Positions 18,851 to 27,407 are shown, numbered from the whole stretch's first letter. The stretch: DNA of 63,431 bases, filler included, from Actinobacteria bacterium UBA7524 (GCA_002478275.1; 3 parts of 3 records of this genome joined end to end with filler, not necessarily neighbours in it); one strand, 5' to 3'. Notes: generated by a model not told the origin, from the letters alone. A program made the numbers and translations.

Positions 18851-20710
18851 GTGAAGAAGATCCTCGTGCTGGTCGTCTTGGCGACCGCGCTGATCGCAAT
18901 CACCGCAGCTCCCGCTATCGCTGAGGGTTACAACGAGTCCGGTGAATACACAAGGGCGAACGGGTACTTCTCGGGTCCTCACGGCGGCTACCAGACGACC
19001 ACGAACAAGTGTGCAGTCTGCCACTCGACCCACTATGCGACGGGCAGCTTCATGTTGTTGAGGGCGAACTCCCGCGAGGCCGCATGTGACTACTGCCACG
19101 GCGGCGGCGGCGGTTCGACCATCAACATCCAGATGGACAACGAGTACAAGGACATGTCCGATCCGACCACCCAGACCACGGGTATCGCAGAATTCGATGG
19201 CGGCTCTGGACTCGGAACGGGCCACACGCTCGGTTACGACGGTCTTGCGCCGGCTGACATCAAGCCCGCGTACGAGACCGGCGGCTTCGCATGCTTCGAC
19301 TGTCACAGCCCGCATGGCAACTCCGCCCGGATCATCGGCGTCATGGCCAACCCGGGTCGCGCGGTGGGCACCGACAACGTCGTCATCCCCATGAATCAGC
19401 CGCCGTATATCGGCAACTCGGTTGATGGTATCGTGAACAGCTCCGCTGAGTGGGGTATCGACCCCGTGTTCGGCAACTTCAAGTGGTTCGGCGATCCCTG
19501 GTCAACCAATCCTGCCGCTCGTCCCGCTGACGACATCGCAGGGGGCCGACTGATATACCGCCCGATCTATCCTGCGGGACGCTTCATGCTTCTGAAGGAC
19601 CCGCACAGCACGGCGAAGGAGGGTCAGCCTGACACGGCTACCCCGATCAGCGTCTACGGCGACGTGACCGCGCTTGCGACAGACGGCCTGAACAAGTTCG
19701 CCATCAACTGGGACGAGCCAATGGGTCCCGCTGACGGCGGATACGGTGGTGGCCAGGACAACGACAACGACAACGCGTTCCTGTTCGCTCCTGCCTCTGG
19801 CACGAGTCCGGACGGTACGGGTGGGTTCGGTTCTCTGTCTGAGTTCTGCACGGACTGTCACGACGGCACAGCCGGCGCTTCGACTCAGCCGGCCGAGGTC
19901 TATCACAGCACCGAGGGCACGTACACGATCGCGTACTCCCACGATGCTCAGCCTCGCCATTGAGCACGTCAGATGCCTCTCGGTACCGATGAGGATGGAA
20001 CTGACGACAACGAAGGCCCGCACTGCCGCAACTGCCACACCGGCGCGAATGATTGCTTCACGTGCCACACCAACGACGACCGCTTCCAGCCTGCAGCGTT
20101 CTCTGCGGCCGGTGTAGCGACGCGTGTCGATGTGTCCTCGGCTTACACCGCCGTGACCGACGCGCAGGTCGGCAACCGCAGCAACTGGACACCTCAGGCC
20201 TCTTACCGCCAGAGTGCGGTGGCTGGCTCAGCGATCTCCGATCCTTGCCTCGACGGAGGCTTCAGCTTCCCGCACCGCACCCTTGGCTACAACATGCTCA
20301 AGGACGAGCTGTGGGGTGTTGACTTCGACGGCCAGGCGATCGCTGCAGGTGTCGCTCGTACGGCGAACGGCAACACGCTCGACATGATGTCGGGTGTTGC
20401 AACGTCGACCGGTACTCCGCGTCCGGCTGACGCCAAGCAGGCGTACGTGACGTCTGACTGGTACTACTACGTCGAGACCCGCAACGACACCTCGATCATC
20501 CCTGCAGTCCAGGGTGACAACGGTGCGTTGGTCGGTCAGGCGGCCGAGAACCTCGACTCCGTCTGTATCGACTGCCACGGTGACGCTACGTACTGGAACG
20601 GCGACGACGATTCCCTGTACGTGGACAAGGCCGGCAAGGCTGTCCCGTACGGCACCTATGGCCATGGTGACACCTTCGGGTGGGAGCTCCTGCTCAAGGG
20701 CCTGCCGTAG
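18851..20710 (+). CDS. Secreted heptaheme OmcS-like cytochrome c, predicted selenoprotein (Sec at TGA 19961-19963; 619 aa from GTG 18851, alternative ATG 18809)
   Basis: The two ORFs are in the same frame, separated by one TGA that aligns with Cys of the paralog (HDAQPRH*AR vs HDSQSRGCAR); SECIS-like hairpin follows; 7 CxxCH; signal peptide MKKILVL...AIA. Confidence 0.85.
19967..20006 (+). promoter_or_regulatory. Bacterial SECIS-like hairpin
   Basis: CGTCAG/CTGACG lower stem, CCTC/GAGG and TCG/CGA upper stems with a bulged U; apical loop GUAC begins 20 nt after the UGA. Confidence 0.75.
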
Positions 20711-20754
20711 GCCTCTCGTAGCATCGCGAGTCTGCAAGTCAGACTCAGCACGGA

Positions 20755-20793
20755 AGAAGGGTCCCGGGTCGATCCCGGGGCCCTTCTGTGTTT
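20755..20793 (+). terminator. Intrinsic terminator
   Basis: AGAAGGGTCCCGGG-TCGAT-CCCGGGGCCCTTCT followed by GTGTTT. Confidence 0.7.
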
Positions 20794-21023
20794 CCGGAGC
20801 TCGCCGGGTGATCACAGACCGGCTTTCTCCGCAGTACGGAGCAGACATCGAAGGCAACGAAGGGAGCCGAGAACTGTGAGAGGGAGAGTGACCTTTGTTG
20901 CGTCCTAAGAACCGTTAAGGTGTCCTAATCTGCCGTTCATCGGATACCCAGAGGGGCATAAACGGCCCGGCATGACCGCTCGTCAGATACCCCTTGTGGT
21001 ATAGGTGCGAAGGCGTAGCATAC

Positions 21024-21041
21024 TCGTTAAGAGAATCACAA
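21024..21041 (+). promoter_or_regulatory. Rex-like operator
   Basis: TCGTTAA-GAGA-ATCACAA, resembling TTGT(G/T)AA-N4-TT(C/A)ACAA. Confidence 0.5.
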
Positions 21042-21201
21042 GCGGTGTTAAGTACCGCATATGCGTTAACGAACGTTCGGATATCGCGGCCACTGGCCGT
21101 AGAGATGTCCCCGGCTCTCAGAGACCGGGATTCCGTGTCGGAGGGGAGGTGGAACACGAATGACACGTAACCGAATGAACGCAATCAAGGAGGGTAATGC
21201 T

Positions 21202-23253
21202 GTGAAGAAGATCCTCGTGCTGATCGCTGCGGCGATCACACTGGTCGCTCTTACGGCTGTCCCGGCGTTTGCAGAGGGGTACAACACCTCGGGTGAGTAC
21301 ACCCGTGACAACGGGTACTTCTCGGGTCCGCACGGCGGCTACCAGACAACCACGAACAAGTGCGCCGTCTGCCACTCGACCCACTACGCCACAGGCAGCT
21401 ACATGTTGTTGAGGGCGAACTCCCGCGAGACCGCTTGCGACTTCTGCCACGGAGGCGGCGGAGGTTCGACCATCAACATCCAGATGGACAACGCATACAA
21501 GGATATGTCCGACCCCACCACCGCCACGACAGGTATCGCCGTGACGGATGGTGGATCCGGTATGGGTACGGGCCACACCCTTGGCTACGAGGGTCGCGCT
21601 CCGGCCGACATCAAGCCGGCGTTCACGACCGACGGCTTCGCATGTTTCGACTGCCATACCCCGCATGGCAACAGCGCGCGGGTGCTCGAGCCGTTCGGCT
21701 CACCTTCGAGGCCCGCGGGTGAGGGCTATATCACCGACATGTATGGCGCCAGCTTCATGACGACCCAGATGTACCGTATCCAGGAGATGTTCAAGGTCAA
21801 GTTCGATATGGGCGGCGGATACTACGTCATGCCTGGCGACTTCACCAAGATGCCTGGGACGCTCATCGAATCGACGACGACGCCTGCGCTGATCGATGAC
21901 TTCCAGGACCCGCCGTCGATCATGGCTCTGATGGGCGATTGGCAGACTGCAGGAATGCCGAAGGCCCCTGAGTTCAACGACATCTACGCATGGGCGATGG
22001 CAGTCTCTGCTGCGCCTGATGCGGACGGCTACCGCCCGGTCAGCGGACCGGAGATGATGGACCTGATGGGCTTGTTCCCGCCGACGCTCATGGACCTCAT
22101 GCAGAACTGGTACATCTACTGGGGTACCGACGTCGATGGCGGCAACATCGCCACGAAGTTCTGGAACATGGGTGACTGGCAGTACAACGGTGACGGTACG
22201 TTCACCGTTCCGGGAACCTACTCGCCCCAGGGTCCGCCTGTTGTAGAGGTCTGGCACAAGCCCCTCTTCCCCAAGGGCACGTTCCTGTTGCTCAAGAACC
22301 CGGACAGCAAGGACGATGTCGCTGACATCAATCCGATGACCGGAGCGCCTTACGGTGACACGCTCGTCGCAGGCGCAGGCGTTACAGCAACCGACGGCGT
22401 CAAGAAGCTCGCAGTCGACTGGGACTGGCCCCTTGGTCCTGCCGCTTCGTGGGGCCCGTTCTTCTACACAGACAACAGCGAGCGTTTCCCGCTCGCCTTC
22501 CCGTGGGCGCCCAAGGGTGTCGCGATGGAGAACGAGTTCTGCACGTCATGCCACGACGGTGCCGCCGGTCAGTCGAACCAGCCCGCCGAGGTCTGGATCG
22601 GCAGCGACGCGGATGCCTACTATGACGTTGTCTACAGCCACGATTCGCAGTCCAGAGGGTGCGCTCGCGCGCAGTATCTGAACCCGAACGACGGCAACAA
22701 CTTCGGTCCGCACTGCGCCAACTGCCACACCGGCGCGTCGGGCTGCTACACGTGCCACGACGATGCTGGTAATAACTGGAACAGTGGGTCGGCCCAGGGC
22801 GACGGCGTCCTCGTCGAGGCCGAGTCGACCTACCAGGCCCCTGCATCGCTCAGGGCCAGCGCGGTCTCCGGTGTCGGTGGGCAGTGCCTCGACGGAGGCT
22901 TCAGCTATCCGCACCGCACCCTTGGCTACAACATGCTCAAGGACGAGCTGTGGGGCGTCGACTTCGACGGCTCCGAAATCGCCGCGAACGAAGTCCGGAT
23001 GACCAACGCCGAGATCACGGCGCACTTCGCCGGCTCCGATCCTGCGTACAGCTTCACCGGCTTCGCGACCGACGATATCGTCGGCCAGGCGACGCACAAT
23101 CTCGACTCCGTGTGTATCGACTGCCACGGTGACGCCACGTACTGGAACGGCGACGATCCTAGCTACTTCGCCAACTTCAACAGTGGCAACCCGCTCGGTA
23201 ATGAGACGTGGAACGTTCAGGGTTGGGAGCTTCTGCTCAAGGGTCTCCCGTAG
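21202..23253 (+). CDS. Secreted heptaheme OmcS-like cytochrome c, Cys-containing paralog of the 18851 gene (683 aa; alternative ATG 21160)
   Basis: Signal peptide MKKILVL...AFA; 7 CxxCH; near-identical N-terminus and WELLLKGLP C-terminus to the upstream gene. Confidence 0.92.
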   Translation: MKKILVLIAAAITLVALTAVPAFAEGYNTSGEYTRDNGYFSGPHGGYQTTTNKCAVCHSTHYATGSYMLLRANSRETACDFCHGGGGGSTINIQMDNAYKDMSDPTTATTGIAVTDGGSGMGTGHTLGYEGRAPADIKPAFTTDGFACFDCHTPHGNSARVLEPFGSPSRPAGEGYITDMYGASFMTTQMYRIQEMFKVKFDMGGGYYVMPGDFTKMPGTLIESTTTPALIDDFQDPPSIMALMGDWQTAGMPKAPEFNDIYAWAMAVSAAPDADGYRPVSGPEMMDLMGLFPPTLMDLMQNWYIYWGTDVDGGNIATKFWNMGDWQYNGDGTFTVPGTYSPQGPPVVEVWHKPLFPKGTFLLLKNPDSKDDVADINPMTGAPYGDTLVAGAGVTATDGVKKLAVDWDWPLGPAASWGPFFYTDNSERFPLAFPWAPKGVAMENEFCTSCHDGAAGQSNQPAEVWIGSDADAYYDVVYSHDSQSRGCARAQYLNPNDGNNFGPHCANCHTGASGCYTCHDDAGNNWNSGSAQGDGVLVEAESTYQAPASLRASAVSGVGGQCLDGGFSYPHRTLGYNMLKDELWGVDFDGSEIAANEVRMTNAEITAHFAGSDPAYSFTGFATDDIVGQATHNLDSVCIDCHGDATYWNGDDPSYFANFNSGNPLGNETWNVQGWELLLKGLP

Positions 23254-23299
23254 GTCCTGATCCGTATTTCGTCTTGGCGATATGCCACGACGAGCAGGG

Positions 23300-23334
23300 G
23301 AGAGAGCCGTCCGAAAGGGCGGCTCTCTCGTATT
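23300..23334 (+). terminator. Terminator-like hairpin
   Basis: GAGAGAGCCGTCC-GAAA-GGGCGGCTCTCTC, 13-bp stem with a weak U tract. Confidence 0.6.
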
Positions 23335-23479
23335 CGCCGCACCTTCCATCAGGCAGGTATGTAAGCCGAAGCGTCGAACTGACCCACAGGGGCTCCTCGG
23401 CGCGTTCATGCAGTCTCTGTATGGGAGAGCACGCCTTGCCACTTTCAGGGCGCTACAGCCGCTTCTGCGGCACACTACA

Positions 23480-23488
23480 TGCTATAAT
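23480..23488 (+). promoter_or_regulatory. Extended -10 promoter element
   Basis: TGCTATAAT upstream of the radical SAM gene. Confidence 0.55.
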
Positions 23489-23570
23489 TGCGGCCGTTCG
23501 ACTCCGGTCGGCGCCATGCCGGTGGCGCGTTACCGACGACCGTCTGATGGACTGAAAGGCCTGGATCCCT

Positions 23571-25349
23571 ATGTCCCGAGTGGACCTTGTTCTGCTGCAT
23601 GCTCCGAGCGTCTATGACTTCCGCGAGCGATCGATCATGTTCGGCCCGGTGTCAGACATGGTGCCGTCCACCCCGGCGTTCGAGATGTACCCGCTCGGCT
23701 TCACGACGATGGCCGAGTACATGGAGCGTTGCGGACTGAAGGTGCGTATCGTCAACCTCGCCGTTCTGATGCTCAACCGCAAGGGTTTCGATGTCGAGGC
23801 GGCGATACGTGACATGAACCCCGTCGCGTTCGGCATCGACCTGCACTGGCTTCCTCACGCGCACGGCTCGATCGAGATCGCACGTATTGTCAAGAAGTAT
23901 CATCCTGAGACGCCGGTGATCTTCGGAGGGCTGTCCTCGACTTACTTCCACGAGCAACTGGTCGAATACCCCTGGGTGGACTACGTAGTGCGGGGTGACT
24001 CGACGGAGAAGCCCATCACCCAGCTCATGTACGCGCTTAAGCACAACGGCAATCTGGGGGGCATCCCCAATCTCACTTACAAGACACGCGAAGGTTCAGT
24101 CGTGGTCAACCCGCTCGAGTGGGTGCCCGATGACATGAACGACATCTCGCTCGACTACTCGTTCTCCATGAAGTCGGTGATCCGGTACCGAGATATGGCG
24201 AGCTCGGTGCCATTCCACGACTGGCTACAGTACCCCGTGTGCGCGTCTTTGACGTGCAGGGGCTGCACCCACAACTGCGCGACGTGCGGCGGCAGTGCGT
24301 ATTCGTTCCGCACGCACTTCGGTCGCAAGAAGGTCGCCTTCCGCGACCCGGAGCTGCTTGTCCGAGATATCGCGCACGTGCAGAAGTACATCCCGGGCCC
24401 GATCTTCGTACTCAACGACTTCCTGCAGGGTGGACGCGACTACGTCGCCGCGTTCATCCGTGGACTCTCGCGCATCAAGCTGCGCAACCCCATCGGCTTC
24501 GAGTTCTTCAAACCACCTGCCGAGGAGTTCTATCAGTTCCTGAACGAACACCTGCCCGACTACTCGGTCGAGATCAGCGCGGAGTCGCACGACGATGACG
24601 TCAGGGCGGCGTTCGGTAAGCACCACTACACGACCGCTCAGCTCGAAGAGTCCATCGCTGCCGCGCTGCGGAACGGTTGCTCGCGTTTCGACCTGTACTT
24701 CATGACCGGTATCCCGAAACAGACCGCAGCTTCAGTCCTCGAGACGGGCGCCTACATCGAGTCACTCTACGAGAAGGTAGGCAACGACAAGCGGCTGCTC
24801 GCGTTCTCCTCGCCCATGGCGCCTTTCCTCGACCCGGGCTCGATGGTCTTCGACGATCCGGCGAAGTACGGCTACACACTGCGCGCCAAGACGCTCGAGG
24901 AGCACCGTCAGCTGCTGGTGCAGCCCTCGTGGAAGCACATCATGAACTACGAGAGCGCCGCGATGAGCCGCGACGAGATGGTCGATGCGACGTATGAGGT
25001 CGGTCTGCAGCTCAATCGCCTCAAGGGACGCCTGGGCATCGTCGAGCCTGATGTGGTGGCGCGTACCGAGGAGCGCATCCACGAGGCACGCGTGGCCATG
25101 CAGCGCATCGACGAGATCATGGGCCTGGGGCCGGTCGAGAGGGACAGCGCACTGGGGGCACTCAAGTCCGAGTTCGAGCGCTTGTCTGAGTCCACCGTGT
25201 GCGAGAAGACCGAGCTCAACTGGCCTGCGAGAGCTACCGTGCGCCACGTCTGGAACGTGTTTCTGTTGTGGGCGACCGAGAATCTCGCTAACCTGTTGGG
25301 GCTGCGGCGGCCCGTGCCGCAACCCGTAGTTGAGTATTCGGAGGCCTGA
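23571..25349 (+). CDS. B12-binding domain/radical SAM protein (resembles the TIGR04190/Ta0216 family)
   Basis: DLVLLHAPSVYDFR, FEMYPLGF, FGIDLHWLPHAHG; CTHNCATC [4Fe-4S] motif. Confidence 0.85.
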   Translation: MSRVDLVLLHAPSVYDFRERSIMFGPVSDMVPSTPAFEMYPLGFTTMAEYMERCGLKVRIVNLAVLMLNRKGFDVEAAIRDMNPVAFGIDLHWLPHAHGSIEIARIVKKYHPETPVIFGGLSSTYFHEQLVEYPWVDYVVRGDSTEKPITQLMYALKHNGNLGGIPNLTYKTREGSVVVNPLEWVPDDMNDISLDYSFSMKSVIRYRDMASSVPFHDWLQYPVCASLTCRGCTHNCATCGGSAYSFRTHFGRKKVAFRDPELLVRDIAHVQKYIPGPIFVLNDFLQGGRDYVAAFIRGLSRIKLRNPIGFEFFKPPAEEFYQFLNEHLPDYSVEISAESHDDDVRAAFGKHHYTTAQLEESIAAALRNGCSRFDLYFMTGIPKQTAASVLETGAYIESLYEKVGNDKRLLAFSSPMAPFLDPGSMVFDDPAKYGYTLRAKTLEEHRQLLVQPSWKHIMNYESAAMSRDEMVDATYEVGLQLNRLKGRLGIVEPDVVARTEERIHEARVAMQRIDEIMGLGPVERDSALGALKSEFERLSESTVCEKTELNWPARATVRHVWNVFLLWATENLANLLGLRRPVPQPVVEYSEA

Positions 25350-26092
25350 TGAGCGAGGACAGCGCCGGGGACGGCCGGACACCGGCCCCCGGCGAAGCGA
25401 CGACCGACCGCGTGCGCGGCATATTCGGTCGCATCGCTGGCAGCTACGACGCCTTCAACCTTCTTTCGAGCATGGGTCTGGACCGGCTCTGGCGCCGCGC
25501 TGCGGTACGCGCCGCACATCTGAAGCCGGGCGCACGCGTGTTGGACCTATGCGCGGGCACGGGCGACCTGGCGTTCGCGCTTGCGGCGACCGGTGTCGCG
25601 AGCGCGGTCGTGGCCACCGATTTCGCTCCCGAGATGCTCGAGGTCGCCAGGCGCAAGGCGGCACGCTTCTCCGGCCCCACCGAGGTCACCTTCTCTGTGG
25701 CCGACGCGCAGTCACTGCCGTTCGACGACGAGAGCTTCGACGTCGTGACTGTGGCGTTCGGGGTACGCAACCTGCCCGACCGTGACGCGAACTTCGCAGA
25801 GGTCTTCCGGGTCCTCAAGCCCGGCGGACGCTATGTGGTCCTCGAGTTCTCTCGTCCGCCGTTCGCGCCCTGGCGAGCCTTGTATCACGTCTACCTGCGC
25901 TCGGTCATCCCGATCCTGGGTTCCATGCTCAGTGGGGGCGACCGGGCTTCCTTCCAGTATCTCAATGACTCCATCCGCCGCTTCCCGGACCAGGCGAAGC
26001 TCGCAGCCGAACTCAGGGCGGCAGGATTCACCGCCATCGGTTGGACGAACCACACCGGCGGCATCGTCGCCATCCACACTGCGGTAAGATAG
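25349..26092 (+). CDS. menG: UbiE/MenG demethylmenaquinone methyltransferase
   Basis: FGRIAGSYDAFNLLSSMGLDRLWR, VLDLCAGTGD, VAFGVRN, VLKPGG..LEFS; TGATG overlap. Confidence 0.9.
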   Translation: MSEDSAGDGRTPAPGEATTDRVRGIFGRIAGSYDAFNLLSSMGLDRLWRRAAVRAAHLKPGARVLDLCAGTGDLAFALAATGVASAVVATDFAPEMLEVARRKAARFSGPTEVTFSVADAQSLPFDDESFDVVTVAFGVRNLPDRDANFAEVFRVLKPGGRYVVLEFSRPPFAPWRALYHVYLRSVIPILGSMLSGGDRASFQYLNDSIRRFPDQAKLAAELRAAGFTAIGWTNHTGGIVAIHTAVR

Positions 26093-26126
26093 ACGCCTGT
26101 AAAGCGCGGTGACTGGAGGCTTCAGA

Positions 26127-26346
26127 ATGCTTCTTGCGGCACGCTATGTCCTACCCATCGCCACTCCTCACATCGAGCACGGTGCGGTGCTGGTCCAGGA
26201 CGGCAAGATCGTAGAGATCGGTGAGCTGGAGGTGCTCTCGGCGGCGCATCCGGACGAAGAGGTGCGTGATTTCGGTCTCGCGGCGCTGATGCCGGGCTTC
26301 ATCGACCTGCACACGCATCTCGAGTATTCGGTGATGCGGGGTCTAG
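26127..26346 (+). CDS. Amidohydrolase-family protein, 3'-truncated by the gap (possibly aminofutalosine deaminase-like)
   Basis: GAVLVQDGKIVEIG...LMPGFIDLHTHLE metal-binding HxH motif; GGAGG RBS. Confidence 0.75.
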
Positions 26347-26446
26347 NNNNNNNNNNNNNNNNNNNNNNNNNNNNNNNNNNNNNNNNNNNNTTAATTAATT
26401 AANNNNNNNNNNNNNNNNNNNNNNNNNNNNNNNNNNNNNNNNNNNN
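26347..26446. other. Artificial contig linker
   Basis: N run-TTAATTAATTAA-N run. Confidence 0.95.
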
Positions 26447-26488
26447 CCCCCCGAAACCTTACGCGCTCCGTGTTGCTGAGGGGGCTGT

Positions 26489-26998
26489 ATGGATGGCGTC
26501 AGGCAGATCGTAGTGCGTACTGCGCGGATAGATGATGCACAGGCGATCACCGATATCTATAACCACTACATCCGGGAGACTACCGTCACGTTCCACACGG
26601 AGCTTCTTGAGGTGCAGGATCGCCGGGAGTGGTTGTCCGGACGAAGTCCTGAGCATCCGGTGATGGTTGTCGAGTCCCAAGGAACGGTCGTTGCCTGGGG
26701 CGCGTTGTCTCCCTGGTCGGAGAGGGGTGCTTGGCGCCGTACCGTTGAGATCGCGGTCTATGTCGCACCTACCGAGCGTGGGCGGGGGATCGGCCCGCAG
26801 TTGACGGACAGGCTTCTGACAGAGGCACGGTCGGCCGGCCATCATGTTGTCATCAGTCAGGTGGTGGCCGACAATGCGGCCAGTATCTCCATGGTGGAGC
26901 GAGCCGGGTTCGAGAAGGTGGGCCGCCTGAGAGAGGTAGGCTGGAAGTTCGGACGCTGGCTCGACGTGGATCTCTACGAACGGATACTCGCGGATTGA
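26489..26998 (+). CDS. GNAT acetyltransferase (phosphinothricin/YncA-like)
   Basis: IYNHYIRETTVTF, RGRGIG, NAASI, VGWKFGRWLDV. Confidence 0.88.
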   Translation: MDGVRQIVVRTARIDDAQAITDIYNHYIRETTVTFHTELLEVQDRREWLSGRSPEHPVMVVESQGTVVAWGALSPWSERGAWRRTVEIAVYVAPTERGRGIGPQLTDRLLTEARSAGHHVVISQVVADNAASISMVERAGFEKVGRLREVGWKFGRWLDVDLYERILAD

Positions 26999-27170
26999 CG
27001 TGAGGAGCTGACGGAATCGATGCGACGTTCGGGAGAGATCGTGATCGTGGCGCACTGCATTCTGAATGCCTTGGGGGGTTGCTTTCATGTCGGTGGACGG
27101 ACGACAGCAGGAGGCGAGTACGGTTTCGGCGATCAGCGGGATCTTCGGCTAGGACCGCGCATACCGGCGC

Positions 27171-27407
27171 CTACTCGAGGGTGCCAAGACGGCGCGCCCA
27201 GCCATGTGCCGTGATCGCAGAGTTGAGTTGGTCGCACAACCTGCCTCGCGTGTACCGTGAGGGCGGGAGCAGCGATATGAGCGTCAGGACATCCGCAGGC
27301 AGGTCCAGTGACTCGGCGCGCAGGAGAACATCGAGTCGTGCGACGGTCTTGTTGTCGCGATACAACAGGTCGATCAGGCGTCTCAACTGCTCCTGCGAGT
27401 CATCCAT
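27171..27407 (-). CDS. Small hypothetical protein
   Basis: 78-aa ORF directly abutting the thrC stop. Confidence 0.55.
   Translation of the reverse strand: MDDSQEQLRRLIDLLYRDNKTVARLDVLLRAESLDLPADVLTLISLLPPSRYTRGRLCDQLNSAITAHGWARRLGTLE

Noticed and set aside
18800..20710. Two separate genes or a nonsense pseudogene, as in the ORF track
   Set aside because: Same frame, TGA aligned to the paralog's Cys, SECIS-like hairpin, no RBS or signal peptide for the 19973 ORF and no other decay. A TGC>TGA mutation is not fully excluded until sel genes are found.
26391..26402. TTAATTAATTAA palindrome (also 56233-56244)
   Set aside because: Artificial all-frame stop linker between contigs; adjacency across it is not biological
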